Of a stretch of DNA of 64,000 nucleotides, positions 48,292 to 58,273 are shown in pieces. The number at the start of each line of letters is the position of its first letter. Positions within the stretch are counted from its first letter, which is position 1. The notes below the pieces were generated by a model. The model did not search any database. It was not told the origin of the DNA and saw only the letters and a list, made by a program, of their open reading frames with translations. A program made the position numbers and the translations under genes. Origin of the DNA: a virus (taxonomy: Duplodnaviria; Caudoviricetes); IMG/VR virus record IMGVR_UViG_3300032295_000548, positions 1-64,000 of that record. One strand, written 5' to 3'.

Positions 48292-48911
48292 TGTCAGGAA
48301 TACAAATAACATATCAGATTGAAGGTTTTCTTAAAATCCATGACCCCAATACCGGGGAAATTTTAGTGGATAAGAAAAATGCTATCAATTACGAGAATAT
48401 GTCGGAAGCAATTGCTGACACATTAAGCAGTCGTGGTTACGGTGAAATTTATGAAATGGCCTTCGGAAACGGTGGCGCAAGCGTAGACGAAACCGGTGTT
48501 ATTACATATCTGCCGCCCAATACAACGGGTCAAAATGCAGCCTTGTATAATCAAACCTATACAAAAATTGTTGATGACACTAGTGTTTTCAACTTAGATC
48601 CTACACGTAACAAAATGACAGTTTCTCATACAACAGGGAAAGTTTATACTGACATTTTGGTTCAATGTTTGCTAGATTACGGTGAGCCTGCAGGGCAAGC
48701 CGCGTTTGATAATAGTACTCAAACGGATGGTGAGTATGTCTTTGACGAACTTGGATTATTAGCCAATTACGGCACGGACAACGACGGGAATGTTATAACC
48801 AGACTATTAACGCATGTTATTTTTCACCCCGTTCAAAAGTCTCTAAACAGACAAATTCAGATAGATTACACGGTTAGAATTCAAGCACTAACTAACTTGG
48901 TAACTATATAA
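48291..48911 (+). CDS. Baseplate/fibre-attachment structural protein
   Basis: 206 aa; MAFGNGG and FDELGL...LLTHVIFHPVQKSLNR motifs; operon position. Confidence 0.55.
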   Translation: MSGIQITYQIEGFLKIHDPNTGEILVDKKNAINYENMSEAIADTLSSRGYGEIYEMAFGNGGASVDETGVITYLPPNTTGQNAALYNQTYTKIVDDTSVFNLDPTRNKMTVSHTTGKVYTDILVQCLLDYGEPAGQAAFDNSTQTDGEYVFDELGLLANYGTDNDGNVITRLLTHVIFHPVQKSLNRQIQIDYTVRIQALTNLVTI

Positions 48912-48919
48912 GATAAATA
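48912..48919 (+). promoter_or_regulatory. Putative late promoter GATAAATA
   Basis: Intergenic, upstream of a GGAG SD and the ATG at 48944. Confidence 0.6.
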
Positions 48920-48943
48920 AGAAGAATATCGGAGTGATTTGAA

Positions 48944-50161
48944 ATGGCATATACAATTGTTAAAAGTGATGGGACAGTTTTAACGACAATACCTGACGGT
49001 ACAATTAATACAACCAGCACATCTATCGGCCTTCCTGGCAGAAACTATGCTGGTTATGGACAAACTTTGGATACAAACTTTGTTCACCAATTAGAGAATT
49101 TTGCGGATACTACACCCCCATCTAATCCATTACGCGGTCAACTTTGGTATAACACAAATAATAGTACATTATATGTTTGTCCTACTGACGGTGAAGCAAA
49201 TGCTTTAGCTTGGTTAGCACTAACATCAACTAGTTCAGGTGGTACAACTACTTTTGGTGCATTAACTGTTACAGGAAACGTTCAAGCAAATAATTTGGCT
49301 GCAACCAACAATATTACAGGTAATGCGGCATCATTGAATTATCTTACAGTGTCAGCAAATGCTAATATTGCAGATGGAAATCTAACGACAGCAAACATAG
49401 GTACACTACGCACGACTACAATTACTACTGGAGCAAATTCTACTGCCGGTACGATAACAGGTACGTGGACAGCAAACGGTGGATTATCGGGCAACGCCAT
49501 CATTATAACTAATGGTAACTTGTTTATAGGTAATAGTGCAGGTGCAAACTTATACGGTGTTAGAACAGACAAGTATATGTATGCTAACGGTGATCCTATC
49601 AGTTTTGCAGGTACATATAGTAACAGTAACGTTGCTAGTTACATGCCTGTTTACAACGGCGCAATTCTTACTACAACTACACAAGCAACTACATTGACAA
49701 CAGGTGCAAATACTACACCAGGTACAATTACTGGTAACTGGACATTAAGTGCAGGTTCAAGGTTCAATGCTACATACGCCGACTTGGCCGAACGTTTTGC
49801 GGCTGATAGTGTATATGATGCAGGTACTGTTGTTGAATTGGGCGGTACGGAAGAAATTACTGCCGTTCAGTATGAACTAAGTGAAGATGTTTTTGGTGTT
49901 ATTTCTGATACTGCTGCCTATCTAATGAACGCAGGAGCAGGTAGTGACAAAACTCACCCGCCCGTTGCAGTTTCAGGACGAGTAAAAGTCAAAGTTACAG
50001 GCATAGTTAAAAAGGGTGAGCGATTAGTTAGTGCAGGCAATGGTATCGCACGTGCGGCAAAAGCAGGTGAAGCAAATGCATTCAACACTATTGGTAGATC
50101 ACTTGAAGAAAAAACAACAACAGACACTGGCACAGTTGAAGCTATTGTTATTATAAGATAA
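48944..50161 (+). CDS. Tail fibre/baseplate protein with C-terminal intramolecular chaperone (peptidase G2-like) domain
   Basis: N-terminal GRNYAGYG...LENFA...P.NPLRGQLWY; T/N/G-rich repeats; C-terminal YADLAERF...GTVV...GVIS...GRVKVKV. Confidence 0.7.
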   Translation: MAYTIVKSDGTVLTTIPDGTINTTSTSIGLPGRNYAGYGQTLDTNFVHQLENFADTTPPSNPLRGQLWYNTNNSTLYVCPTDGEANALAWLALTSTSSGGTTTFGALTVTGNVQANNLAATNNITGNAASLNYLTVSANANIADGNLTTANIGTLRTTTITTGANSTAGTITGTWTANGGLSGNAIIITNGNLFIGNSAGANLYGVRTDKYMYANGDPISFAGTYSNSNVASYMPVYNGAILTTTTQATTLTTGANTTPGTITGNWTLSAGSRFNATYADLAERFAADSVYDAGTVVELGGTEEITAVQYELSEDVFGVISDTAAYLMNAGAGSDKTHPPVAVSGRVKVKVTGIVKKGERLVSAGNGIARAAKAGEANAFNTIGRSLEEKTTTDTGTVEAIVIIR

Positions 50162-50170
50162 GGATAAAAG

Positions 50171-51121
50171 ATGAGTTACGCACAATTTGGTTTAATTGAA
50201 GCCACAGACTTCAACAATCTTGTTGGTGGTAACCCTGTAACTTCAAGCGGTAAATTGAATACTGTTTGGGCGACTGGTGGTACAAACGCAGGATATGGGC
50301 AGACCGCGGTTGCCAACGTTACAGTGGGCGGTACTGTTGCTGCCACAGATTGGGCTAACCTTGTTAACAGAACTTCAAACTCTGCAAGCCATCAAGGAAC
50401 AAGCATTACATCTGTTACAGCACCAAGTGCTGGAGGAACAGTTACATATTTGTCAGCTATTCCTACTAACCTAACTACTATATACACTAGTAGATTAAAT
50501 GCTGCCGCACAGGGTTCAACTACATCAAACACTGCAACTTATGCAACTACTTGGAGTTCAGCACTAACATTTACACATACCGCTACATTTGCTAACGGTG
50601 ACGCCGCACGTTATTTCTTTAATGCTGGTGGTCAACTAGCGATAACTTGTTCGCATCCAAGTGGCACTGGTATCAATTTGTTATTGAATAACCTTGCAAG
50701 TAACGTTGGCACTGTAGTTTTAAGTAGCCCAACATCGGGTACAGTAACGATTGCTGGTACTAGTTATAATGGTATAACTAAAGTGGGCGGCGGTGGAAAC
50801 TCTCCAACTACATCACCAAATACTGGTTACTTTGCACTAACAACATCTAACGCTACTGTCTTTACTCAAACTGCAAGTACAGGTCCAAGTGGTTATCTAA
50901 GTACTTTCATTCGTGTACTTGTTAGAAGTAATGGTACTCAAGGATCAAACGGCGACGCCGGATCTGTTATTACTATCTCTACTATTTGGGATGAAGTTCC
51001 CGATGGTCTAACTGCGGCTGCCAACTCAGCAACTACCTTAACAGTTCGTCCACCAGCAACTACACACATAGCTAACACTTGGGGTGCAATTACCCTAGCT
51101 GGTACATCAACCGGATCATAA
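50171..51121 (+). CDS. Thr/Ser/Gly/Ala-rich virion structural protein
   Basis: 316 aa, almost uncharged, contains ARYFFNAGG; tail operon context. Confidence 0.6.
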   Translation: MSYAQFGLIEATDFNNLVGGNPVTSSGKLNTVWATGGTNAGYGQTAVANVTVGGTVAATDWANLVNRTSNSASHQGTSITSVTAPSAGGTVTYLSAIPTNLTTIYTSRLNAAAQGSTTSNTATYATTWSSALTFTHTATFANGDAARYFFNAGGQLAITCSHPSGTGINLLLNNLASNVGTVVLSSPTSGTVTIAGTSYNGITKVGGGGNSPTTSPNTGYFALTTSNATVFTQTASTGPSGYLSTFIRVLVRSNGTQGSNGDAGSVITISTIWDEVPDGLTAAANSATTLTVRPPATTHIANTWGAITLAGTSTGS

Positions 51122-51146
51122 TTTTTAATCAAGTGCTTGTGTCTAT

Positions 51147-51153
51147 CTAAATA
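51147..51153 (+). promoter_or_regulatory. Putative late promoter CTAAATA heading the enzyme cluster
   Basis: Upstream of an AGGAG SD (51159-51163) and the ATG at 51170. Confidence 0.6.
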
Positions 51154-51169
51154 CTCTTAGGAGTGATCT

Positions 51170-51475
51170 ATGGACACAAAAACTTTAATTAGCGAAGCTA
51201 AAGCCCGATTTAGCCACAACGCAGCCAAATCATATCTAAAGGAAAAATATGAAACTCGGTTGATAGTTGCCGAGCAAGGCGGGCTTTGGAGAGCAAATCT
51301 CCAAACAATCAATTTTTTAAACAATTCTCAATCAGATACTGTCATTCTTGTTGATAGTTTTGAGAATCCGGTACAAGTAAACCGTGCAGAATTACTAGCC
51401 AAACTCAATGAAACATATGAATCTGTTATGGGCGAATGGCTAACCGAATGGGCAGAACTAGAGAAGAAACGATGA
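51170..51475 (+). CDS. Hypothetical protein (possible tail fibre assembly helper)
   Basis: 101 aa with a strong SD; ATGA overlap with the next gene. Confidence 0.6.
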   Translation: MDTKTLISEAKARFSHNAAKSYLKEKYETRLIVAEQGGLWRANLQTINFLNNSQSDTVILVDSFENPVQVNRAELLAKLNETYESVMGEWLTEWAELEKKR

Positions 51476-52281
51476 GTAGAGGAGCACTACTCTTTGCCTT
51501 CAACTCACCCAAATACAATTACTACGCAATGGCGGAGTATACCGCAAAGAGAATCAATCATTTTTTGGGCATGCCTGTAACCATAGTTACAGATAAATCC
51601 AGTATACCTAATAATCCATCTTACAAGTTTGACAATACTATTGTTGTTGAACCCGATAAGAATAACATTCGTGATTATATGGTTTGGATTAACAAGGGTA
51701 GATACCAAGCGTATGAACTTAGTCCATACGATGAAACCCTATTACTAGATACAGACTACATGGTTAACAGTGATAGTTTGTTGAAAACATTTGATATATG
51801 TGAAGATTTTTGCTGTCACGATACAACGTCATTCTTGATGCATCCCAAAGCACCTCAAGAAGTATTGAGCGCATATAGCTTCAAAACACTGTGGGCTACA
51901 GTAATTACATTTAAAAAGACACCTCGAGCAAAACAAATCTTTGAATGTCTAGAAATGGTTCAGAAAAACTATGAACACTATGCTAACATTCATAGTTTTA
52001 TTGCTGGCGTATATCGCAATGATTATGCATTGACACTGGCATTACGCATTGCTAATGGACACCTTATAGATCATAGTGATATTATCCCGTGGAATTTAGT
52101 TCACGTTGGTAAGAACACCTCAGTATATTCAGATACTGACAATGAATTCAACACAGAATATACAGTGATGTTTGATAACTGGCAACGAGGTAAGATTCGC
52201 AAAGAATATATTAGTCTCAAAGGTACAGATTTTCATGTGATGAACAAAGAAAACTTTATGGAGTTAATTAAAAATGGATAA
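51472..52281 (+). CDS. GT-A fold glycosyltransferase-like protein
   Basis: Likely start MSRGALL at 51472; AYELSPYDETLLLDTD (DXD), RNDYAL and HVMNK. Confidence 0.65.
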   Translation: MSRGALLFAFNSPKYNYYAMAEYTAKRINHFLGMPVTIVTDKSSIPNNPSYKFDNTIVVEPDKNNIRDYMVWINKGRYQAYELSPYDETLLLDTDYMVNSDSLLKTFDICEDFCCHDTTSFLMHPKAPQEVLSAYSFKTLWATVITFKKTPRAKQIFECLEMVQKNYEHYANIHSFIAGVYRNDYALTLALRIANGHLIDHSDIIPWNLVHVGKNTSVYSDTDNEFNTEYTVMFDNWQRGKIRKEYISLKGTDFHVMNKENFMELIKNG

Positions 52282-53077
52282 AGGGTTCGTTATTATTTCA
52301 CAAGATGGTGGAACTTTAGACACATATCAAAAATGTGCAGAAGCATTAGCAAAGAGCATAAAACGCACAATGCCAGATGCAAAAGTGTCTATCATCACTA
52401 ACAACAAAATTAAAAATACATCGCTGTATGACAAAATCATTCCATTGCCGTACGGTGACCAAGCACCTAAAAGCTATTGGAAACTAAACAACGACTGGCA
52501 AGTATATGATGCTAGTCCATATGAATACACTATAAAATTAGAAGCAGATATCTATCTTCCTCGTTCGATAGATCATTGGTGGGATGGATTGAAGCATCGT
52601 GATTTGGTAATATCTACAAAGATAAGAGATTTCAAACAGGACATTAGCCCATCACGTGTATATCGTAGATTCATTGATGACAACAAATTACCTGATATGT
52701 ATAACGCAATCACATACTTTAAGAAGTCTGATACTGCTAAACGGTTTTTTGAAATGGTTCGTTATGTATTTGAAAATTGGTCTGACATTAGAGCTACTTT
52801 GAAAGGTAGTCCATATGAAGAAGCAACCACTGATTGGGTATATTCATATGTAGCACATGTCATGGGTGTTGAAAATTGCACGTTGCCCGGATTTGACGAA
52901 ATGAGTATGGTACATATGAAGCGACTTATCAACAATCTCCCTACTGAAGATTGGACTGATGCCTTAGTGTATGAGATACTTCCACATACATTGCGTATCA
53001 ATTCTTGTCCACAGCTTTACCCTTTCCACTATCATATAAAGACTTTTTCTAATAAAATACTACAAGCCTATGACTGA
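52274..53077 (+). CDS. GT-A fold glycosyltransferase-like protein, paralogue of the previous gene
   Basis: VYDASPYEYTIKLEAD, ITYFKKS, TTDWVY and HMK align by eye with the previous ORF. Confidence 0.6.
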   Translation: MDKGFVIISQDGGTLDTYQKCAEALAKSIKRTMPDAKVSIITNNKIKNTSLYDKIIPLPYGDQAPKSYWKLNNDWQVYDASPYEYTIKLEADIYLPRSIDHWWDGLKHRDLVISTKIRDFKQDISPSRVYRRFIDDNKLPDMYNAITYFKKSDTAKRFFEMVRYVFENWSDIRATLKGSPYEEATTDWVYSYVAHVMGVENCTLPGFDEMSMVHMKRLINNLPTEDWTDALVYEILPHTLRINSCPQLYPFHYHIKTFSNKILQAYD

Positions 53078-53423
53078 AATTAATCAAGATGATGAAATAT
53101 TAATTCTTTGGGAAGCACCAAAGATTGAGATACCTGAGTTCCGTTTGTACTATGATGAAGATACTGGTAGGGTTATTTGCTACTCCTGCGAAAAGCTAGA
53201 AGGTAAATACATTGTCATTGACTCACTAACTTATGCTCAAGCTAGACCAGACGTTCGAATTATTAATGGTAAGATTTCAACTGCAAGTAATCATGCAATT
53301 GTATCTAAATTAATGCCACATCCTACTAAAGGTCAGATATGTGAAGAGGAAGATATAAGCGTTATATCAGTCGAAGGTAATAACACTATCAGATGGAAGT
53401 TAAACACATATGAACTCAAGTAA
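53070..53423 (+). CDS. Hypothetical protein
   Basis: 117 aa, overlaps both neighbours. Confidence 0.65.
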   Translation: MTEINQDDEILILWEAPKIEIPEFRLYYDEDTGRVICYSCEKLEGKYIVIDSLTYAQARPDVRIINGKISTASNHAIVSKLMPHPTKGQICEEEDISVISVEGNNTIRWKLNTYELK

Positions 53424-54363
53424 TATTGTAGATGTTGCAGACTTAGACTGTATCTATCTCAGTTACGATGAACCGCAGAAAGAAGAATTCTGGCTAAAGA
53501 TTAAGAACATGGTGCCTTGGGCAAAGCGTGTCGATGGCGTCAAGGGTTCAGACGCCGCACACAAAGCCGCAGGTGAAGCAAGCGAGACAGAACGATTTAT
53601 TCTTATTGACGGGGATAACATGCCCGACGAATCTTTCTTCAATATGCAACTCGACTTTACAGGAAAAGATTCTACTTATCAATTGGCACAATTTCGTTGG
53701 AAGGCAGTAAATGCTATCAACGGACTACGTTACGGTAATGGTGGCATGAGTTCTTGGACAAAGAGTTATGTCCGTAACATGCAAACGCACGAAGCACAGA
53801 AAAGCGGCGACAGTTCACGTATTGCTGACTTCTGTTTAGACAGTAAAGACAACTTGTATTGGGCAATGTATGATTGCTATTCAACTACATATCCCAATCA
53901 TACTCCGTTTCAAGCATGGCGTGCAGGTTTTCGTGAGGGTGTCAAGATGGTTCTTGACAAAGGCGAGAAGCCTGATGCTACTGAGTTCAAAGAACGTGTA
54001 GCAAGTCGCAATCTAAATAACTTGACGATTTGGCAAAACGTTGGTGCCGATGTTGAGAACGGCATCTGGGCTATATATGGTGCTCGACTTGGAACATACA
54101 TGACAATGCTTACTGAGTGGGATTGTCATAATGTACAATGGTTTGATAACTATCCTGTACTATGGGAAGAACATGAATTCAGAGATCCAATAGTGCAATC
54201 AGAATTGCTTGGTGAGGCATTACATGACAAGTTGGGATTACCAATGTGTACACTAAGTGCCGAACAGTCAAAGTTCTTCAAACGTCACTATCAGTCTGAC
54301 TATCACAATCAAGGCCCATTAGTTACTGAGATGGAAGTCATTCGTAGAATCGAAGGATGGTAA
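53410..54363 (+). CDS. Glycosyltransferase-like protein (GT-A, DXD)
   Basis: LSYDEP, RVDGVKGSDAAH, ILIDGDN, YGNGG and AWRAGFRE. Confidence 0.55.
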   Translation: MNSSNIVDVADLDCIYLSYDEPQKEEFWLKIKNMVPWAKRVDGVKGSDAAHKAAGEASETERFILIDGDNMPDESFFNMQLDFTGKDSTYQLAQFRWKAVNAINGLRYGNGGMSSWTKSYVRNMQTHEAQKSGDSSRIADFCLDSKDNLYWAMYDCYSTTYPNHTPFQAWRAGFREGVKMVLDKGEKPDATEFKERVASRNLNNLTIWQNVGADVENGIWAIYGARLGTYMTMLTEWDCHNVQWFDNYPVLWEEHEFRDPIVQSELLGEALHDKLGLPMCTLSAEQSKFFKRHYQSDYHNQGPLVTEMEVIRRIEGW

Positions 54364-55772
54364 TGAGCGAAAGCCACGAACAAAAACGAATCAAAGAGAT
54401 TAGGATCAAAGTCGAAAACGAAGTTGGTCCTACGTTCTGCCTTGCAAAATGGCATCACGTAACTATGTACTTGCAATCAGGAGAGACACATAGTTGCTAT
54501 CACCCTCAACCTCATAAGATTCCCTTAGAAGAATTATATGACAATCCTTCTGCGTTGCATAATACACAGCAGAAGAAAGAAGAACGTAAACTAATGCTCG
54601 ACGGTGGCAAGCCTACCGGCTGTCAGTACTGCTGGAATATTGAAGCAATGGGTCCTGATTATATCAGCGACCGACACATTCGTAACGCAAGTATCTTTAC
54701 TGAAGAACGATATGAACAAACCGCAAAGGGTCCGTGGAATCAAAACATCAACCCCGAGTACATCGAAATCAACTTCGGTAATGAGTGTAACTTCAAGTGT
54801 GGCTACTGCCACCCTAAGTATAGCACAAGCTTCTACAAAGAGATTGAACAGAACGGTCCGGTTACTAACGTAAAGAATCATCGCTGTGATATCGATTGGA
54901 TGAAGTTATATCAACGTGAAGATGATAACCCATATGTTGACGCATTTTGGGAGTGGTGGCCTGAGATGCGTAAGACATTGAATATCATGCGTGTCACTGG
55001 TGGCGAACCTACACTACACAAGAGTACATGGACATTGCTTGAAAAGATTGAAGAAGATCCTATGCCATGGTTAGAGTTGAATATCAACAGTAACTTGGGG
55101 ACTAAGCCTATTCTTATTGAGCGTCTTGCTGAGAAAGTAAAGAAACTCACAGATGATGGTAAAATCAAAAACTTCAAGTTGTTTACTAGCTTGGATACAT
55201 GGGGTGAACGTGCTGAGTATATTCGTACAGGTCTTGACTTAGAGTTGTGGGAAAAGAACTTCCACACATATCTTAAAGGCACTGACAGCCCAATCACATT
55301 TATGATTACGTTCAACATCTTTAGTGTAACTACGTTTAAGAGTTTCCTAGAGAAGTTTATTGAATGGCGCAAGATATATGGATGGTATGATGACCCAGTC
55401 AATCCGCAACATCGTGTTCGTTTTGATACACCATACTTGCGTGACCCGATTCAGTATGACATGAACATTCTTCCCAAAGAAGAATTCATGCCTTACATGT
55501 ATGAAGCATTGAAGTACATGGAAGAAAATACTGATGATAAACGCAGTGACGCCTTTAGCAGTATCGAATATGAAAAGTTCAAGCGTGTAGTAGATTACAT
55601 GGCTGAAACTGTTTATCCTGAAGAAAAACTAATCGAAGGTCGCAGAGACTTCTATAATTGGTTCAATGAATTAGACGAGCGCCGAGAAGCAGACATGCTA
55701 TCAGTGTTCCCTGAGATGCTGGGCTTCTACAGACTGTGCCAAGAAACAAATCAACTGAACCCATTTAAATGA
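54363..55772 (+). CDS. Radical SAM protein with N-terminal twitch/SPASM-like Cys domain
   Basis: CNFKCGYC, TGGEP; N-terminal FC...SC...CQYC. Confidence 0.9.
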   Translation: MSESHEQKRIKEIRIKVENEVGPTFCLAKWHHVTMYLQSGETHSCYHPQPHKIPLEELYDNPSALHNTQQKKEERKLMLDGGKPTGCQYCWNIEAMGPDYISDRHIRNASIFTEERYEQTAKGPWNQNINPEYIEINFGNECNFKCGYCHPKYSTSFYKEIEQNGPVTNVKNHRCDIDWMKLYQREDDNPYVDAFWEWWPEMRKTLNIMRVTGGEPTLHKSTWTLLEKIEEDPMPWLELNINSNLGTKPILIERLAEKVKKLTDDGKIKNFKLFTSLDTWGERAEYIRTGLDLELWEKNFHTYLKGTDSPITFMITFNIFSVTTFKSFLEKFIEWRKIYGWYDDPVNPQHRVRFDTPYLRDPIQYDMNILPKEEFMPYMYEALKYMEENTDDKRSDAFSSIEYEKFKRVVDYMAETVYPEEKLIEGRRDFYNWFNELDERREADMLSVFPEMLGFYRLCQETNQLNPFK

Positions 55773-56998
55773 ACAAAGACCACCTACTAAACGACAGTAA
55801 AACATTTTGCATGTTCCCTTGGCTTCACTTAAATGTGACACCTAAGGGCGACATATACCCTTGTTGTTCAAATGACTACACAAAGCCCTTTGGTAACACA
55901 AAAGAGATTACACTACACAAAGCATTCAACAGTACTCAAATGAAAGAGTTGCGTTTGGATATGTTGAATGAACGCAAGAATGAAATCTGTAAGTTCTGTT
56001 ATCAGCATGAAGAAGCAGGCCCACACAGCTTTCGTAACTATAGCAAAGAACACTTTGGTAAGTACTTTGATGACGTTGTGCCCACTACCCAAGAAGATGG
56101 AACAGTAGATGACTTTAAGATGCGGTACTTTGACATTCGCTTCAGTAACATTTGCAACTTCAAGTGCAGAACATGCGGATCAGAATTCTCTAGTCAATGG
56201 GGACTAGAAATGAATAAGAATTATGATAGCAAGCATCCTATTCTTATACATGCTGATGACGATAAGGGTAACTTATTAGAAGAAGTATTGGAACACGTTG
56301 AGCACATCGACCTAGCGTACTTTGCGGGCGGAGAGCCCTTGATTACAGAAGAACACTATGTTATACTAGAAGAAATGATTCGTAAGGGTCGCACTGATGT
56401 AACACTACGCTATAATACAAATGCTAGCAATATCAAGTACAAGAACCATGATGTACTTGATCTTTGGAAGCACTTTAAAAAGGTTGAATTAAGTTGTTCT
56501 ATAGATCACTATGGTGAACGTGCTGAATTATTGCGTAGTGGAACAGATTGGGGTAAAGTTGAGAGTAACCTATTATTGTTTAGAGACTTAGACTACGTTA
56601 GTTTCCAAATGAATACCGTGTTCTCAATCTTTAATTATTTGACAATTGGTGAATTCTATCAGTATCTCAAAGACAAGAATATTATACGTAGAGAAGATTG
56701 GTATCACAGTTTGTATCTAGCAGTACATCCGTTGTATTACAGTGCAAAGAGTTTACCAAAATCATTAAAGCCATTAGCGCAAGAAAAAGCATTGAAATGG
56801 GCTGATGCTAATGACAATGATGGAACTAGCCTATCACGTTTGGTACGTGATGCAGTGAACTTTGCGAATGATGGCGATGGTTGGAGTGATGTGCATAAGC
56901 AGTTTTTGGGTCACACTAAATCATTAGACAGAATACGTGAGGAAAGTTTCTGGAAAACATTCCCCGAGTTAAATAAATTATCTGAATTATTGGAGTAA
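55769..56998 (+). CDS. Radical SAM protein with N-terminal twitch/SPASM-like Cys domain
   Basis: CNFKCRTC, AGGEP, NTN, SID; N-terminal FCMFPW...PCC...CKFC. Confidence 0.92.
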   Translation: MNKDHLLNDSKTFCMFPWLHLNVTPKGDIYPCCSNDYTKPFGNTKEITLHKAFNSTQMKELRLDMLNERKNEICKFCYQHEEAGPHSFRNYSKEHFGKYFDDVVPTTQEDGTVDDFKMRYFDIRFSNICNFKCRTCGSEFSSQWGLEMNKNYDSKHPILIHADDDKGNLLEEVLEHVEHIDLAYFAGGEPLITEEHYVILEEMIRKGRTDVTLRYNTNASNIKYKNHDVLDLWKHFKKVELSCSIDHYGERAELLRSGTDWGKVESNLLLFRDLDYVSFQMNTVFSIFNYLTIGEFYQYLKDKNIIRREDWYHSLYLAVHPLYYSAKSLPKSLKPLAQEKALKWADANDNDGTSLSRLVRDAVNFANDGDGWSDVHKQFLGHTKSLDRIREESFWKTFPELNKLSELLE

Positions 56999-57001
56999 TC
57001 G

Positions 57002-58273
57002 ATGGATAAAGTAACAGTAGAGAACCTGGTTAAACACGGAAAGCATTTCTGTGTATTGCCCTGGGTTCATTTTCACAGCTGGCCAGATGGTAGAGTTATG
57101 CCATGCTGTGTCGCAGACAGCAACATGCCTGTAGCCGACTTGAAAGACGGTGAGTCTATCATCAACATGATGAACAGCACAGACTACAAAAAGCTAAGAA
57201 CAGCAATGATGAATGACGAGCCGGTAGAAGCTTGCAAGCGTTGCTATGACTTAGAGTTAATGGGTACATGGACAATGCGTCAAAGTCATAACAAGCGCAA
57301 AGGTCTAGAGTACGTCAAATACATAGCAGAAAACACAATGGAAGACGGAAGCCTCATTGACTTTGAAATGAAGTACATGGACTTGCGTTTCAGTAGTATC
57401 TGTAACATGAAATGTCGTAGTTGTGGCCCAGGCTGTTCAAGTCAATGGGCACAAGAGTTTGTCGACCGTGTTGGTATGGACAACTACGAGAAGTATTTTA
57501 AGACAACTAAGATTGTCATTAACTCAGCAGAAGAAATGGGATTCATGGCTAAACTAAAGCCATATCTCAAAGACGTTACAGAAGTTTACTTTGCAGGTGG
57601 AGAGATTATTATCACACCTGAGCATTATGAATGCTTAGACTATTGGATCGAAAACGGATTGACGGATCAAGTAGAACTGACTTATACAACAAACTTTAGT
57701 AGCTTGAAGTATAAGAAAGACGTTGACTTGATTGCGTATTGGAAGAAATTCCCTAAACTGAAGATTTGGGCATCACTTGACGCACACGGTGATGTAGCTG
57801 AATGTATCAGAAAGGGTACAGATTGGGATCGTATTGTTAGTAATATCAAGTTAGTAAAAGAGCAAGTACCGCATGCTGAATTTCAGATTACTCCAACCAT
57901 CAGTATTTGGAATGTGTTTACTTTCCCTGACTTCTTTGACTACATGGTCAATGAGGGATTCATTGATACTAAATCTAGCCCACGCTTTAACTTAGCTACC
58001 AACCCCTGGTATGCTAACATTATGATCCTACCCGCTAGTGTAAAACGCAGACTCGCTGAATTGTATCGTGTCTACCAAAATCGTTACAAAGATAACATTG
58101 ATATCTATAACGGATTCAAGATGATTATCTATAACTTGACAGTTGGTGATGAGAACAAAGGTGGCATCCAAGAGTTTATCAAGTTCAATGAAGAACTAGA
58201 TGACTTTAGAGATGAGAAATTAGAAGAAATTATTCCAGAACTTAAAGAGGTGTTTGATTGGGCAAGAAACTAA
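57002..58273 (+). CDS. Radical SAM protein with N-terminal twitch/SPASM-like Cys domain
   Basis: CNMKCRSC, AGGE, TTN, SLD; N-terminal FCVLPW...PCC...CKRC. Confidence 0.92.
   Translation: MDKVTVENLVKHGKHFCVLPWVHFHSWPDGRVMPCCVADSNMPVADLKDGESIINMMNSTDYKKLRTAMMNDEPVEACKRCYDLELMGTWTMRQSHNKRKGLEYVKYIAENTMEDGSLIDFEMKYMDLRFSSICNMKCRSCGPGCSSQWAQEFVDRVGMDNYEKYFKTTKIVINSAEEMGFMAKLKPYLKDVTEVYFAGGEIIITPEHYECLDYWIENGLTDQVELTYTTNFSSLKYKKDVDLIAYWKKFPKLKIWASLDAHGDVAECIRKGTDWDRIVSNIKLVKEQVPHAEFQITPTISIWNVFTFPDFFDYMVNEGFIDTKSSPRFNLATNPWYANIMILPASVKRRLAELYRVYQNRYKDNIDIYNGFKMIIYNLTVGDENKGGIQEFIKFNEELDDFRDEKLEEIIPELKEVFDWARN

Noticed and set aside
28638-51121. Diversity-generating retroelement or invertible fibre cassette
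   Set aside because: No reverse transcriptase or recombinase in the window, and no near-identical DNA repeat pairs seen; the repeats are diverged and visible only at protein level
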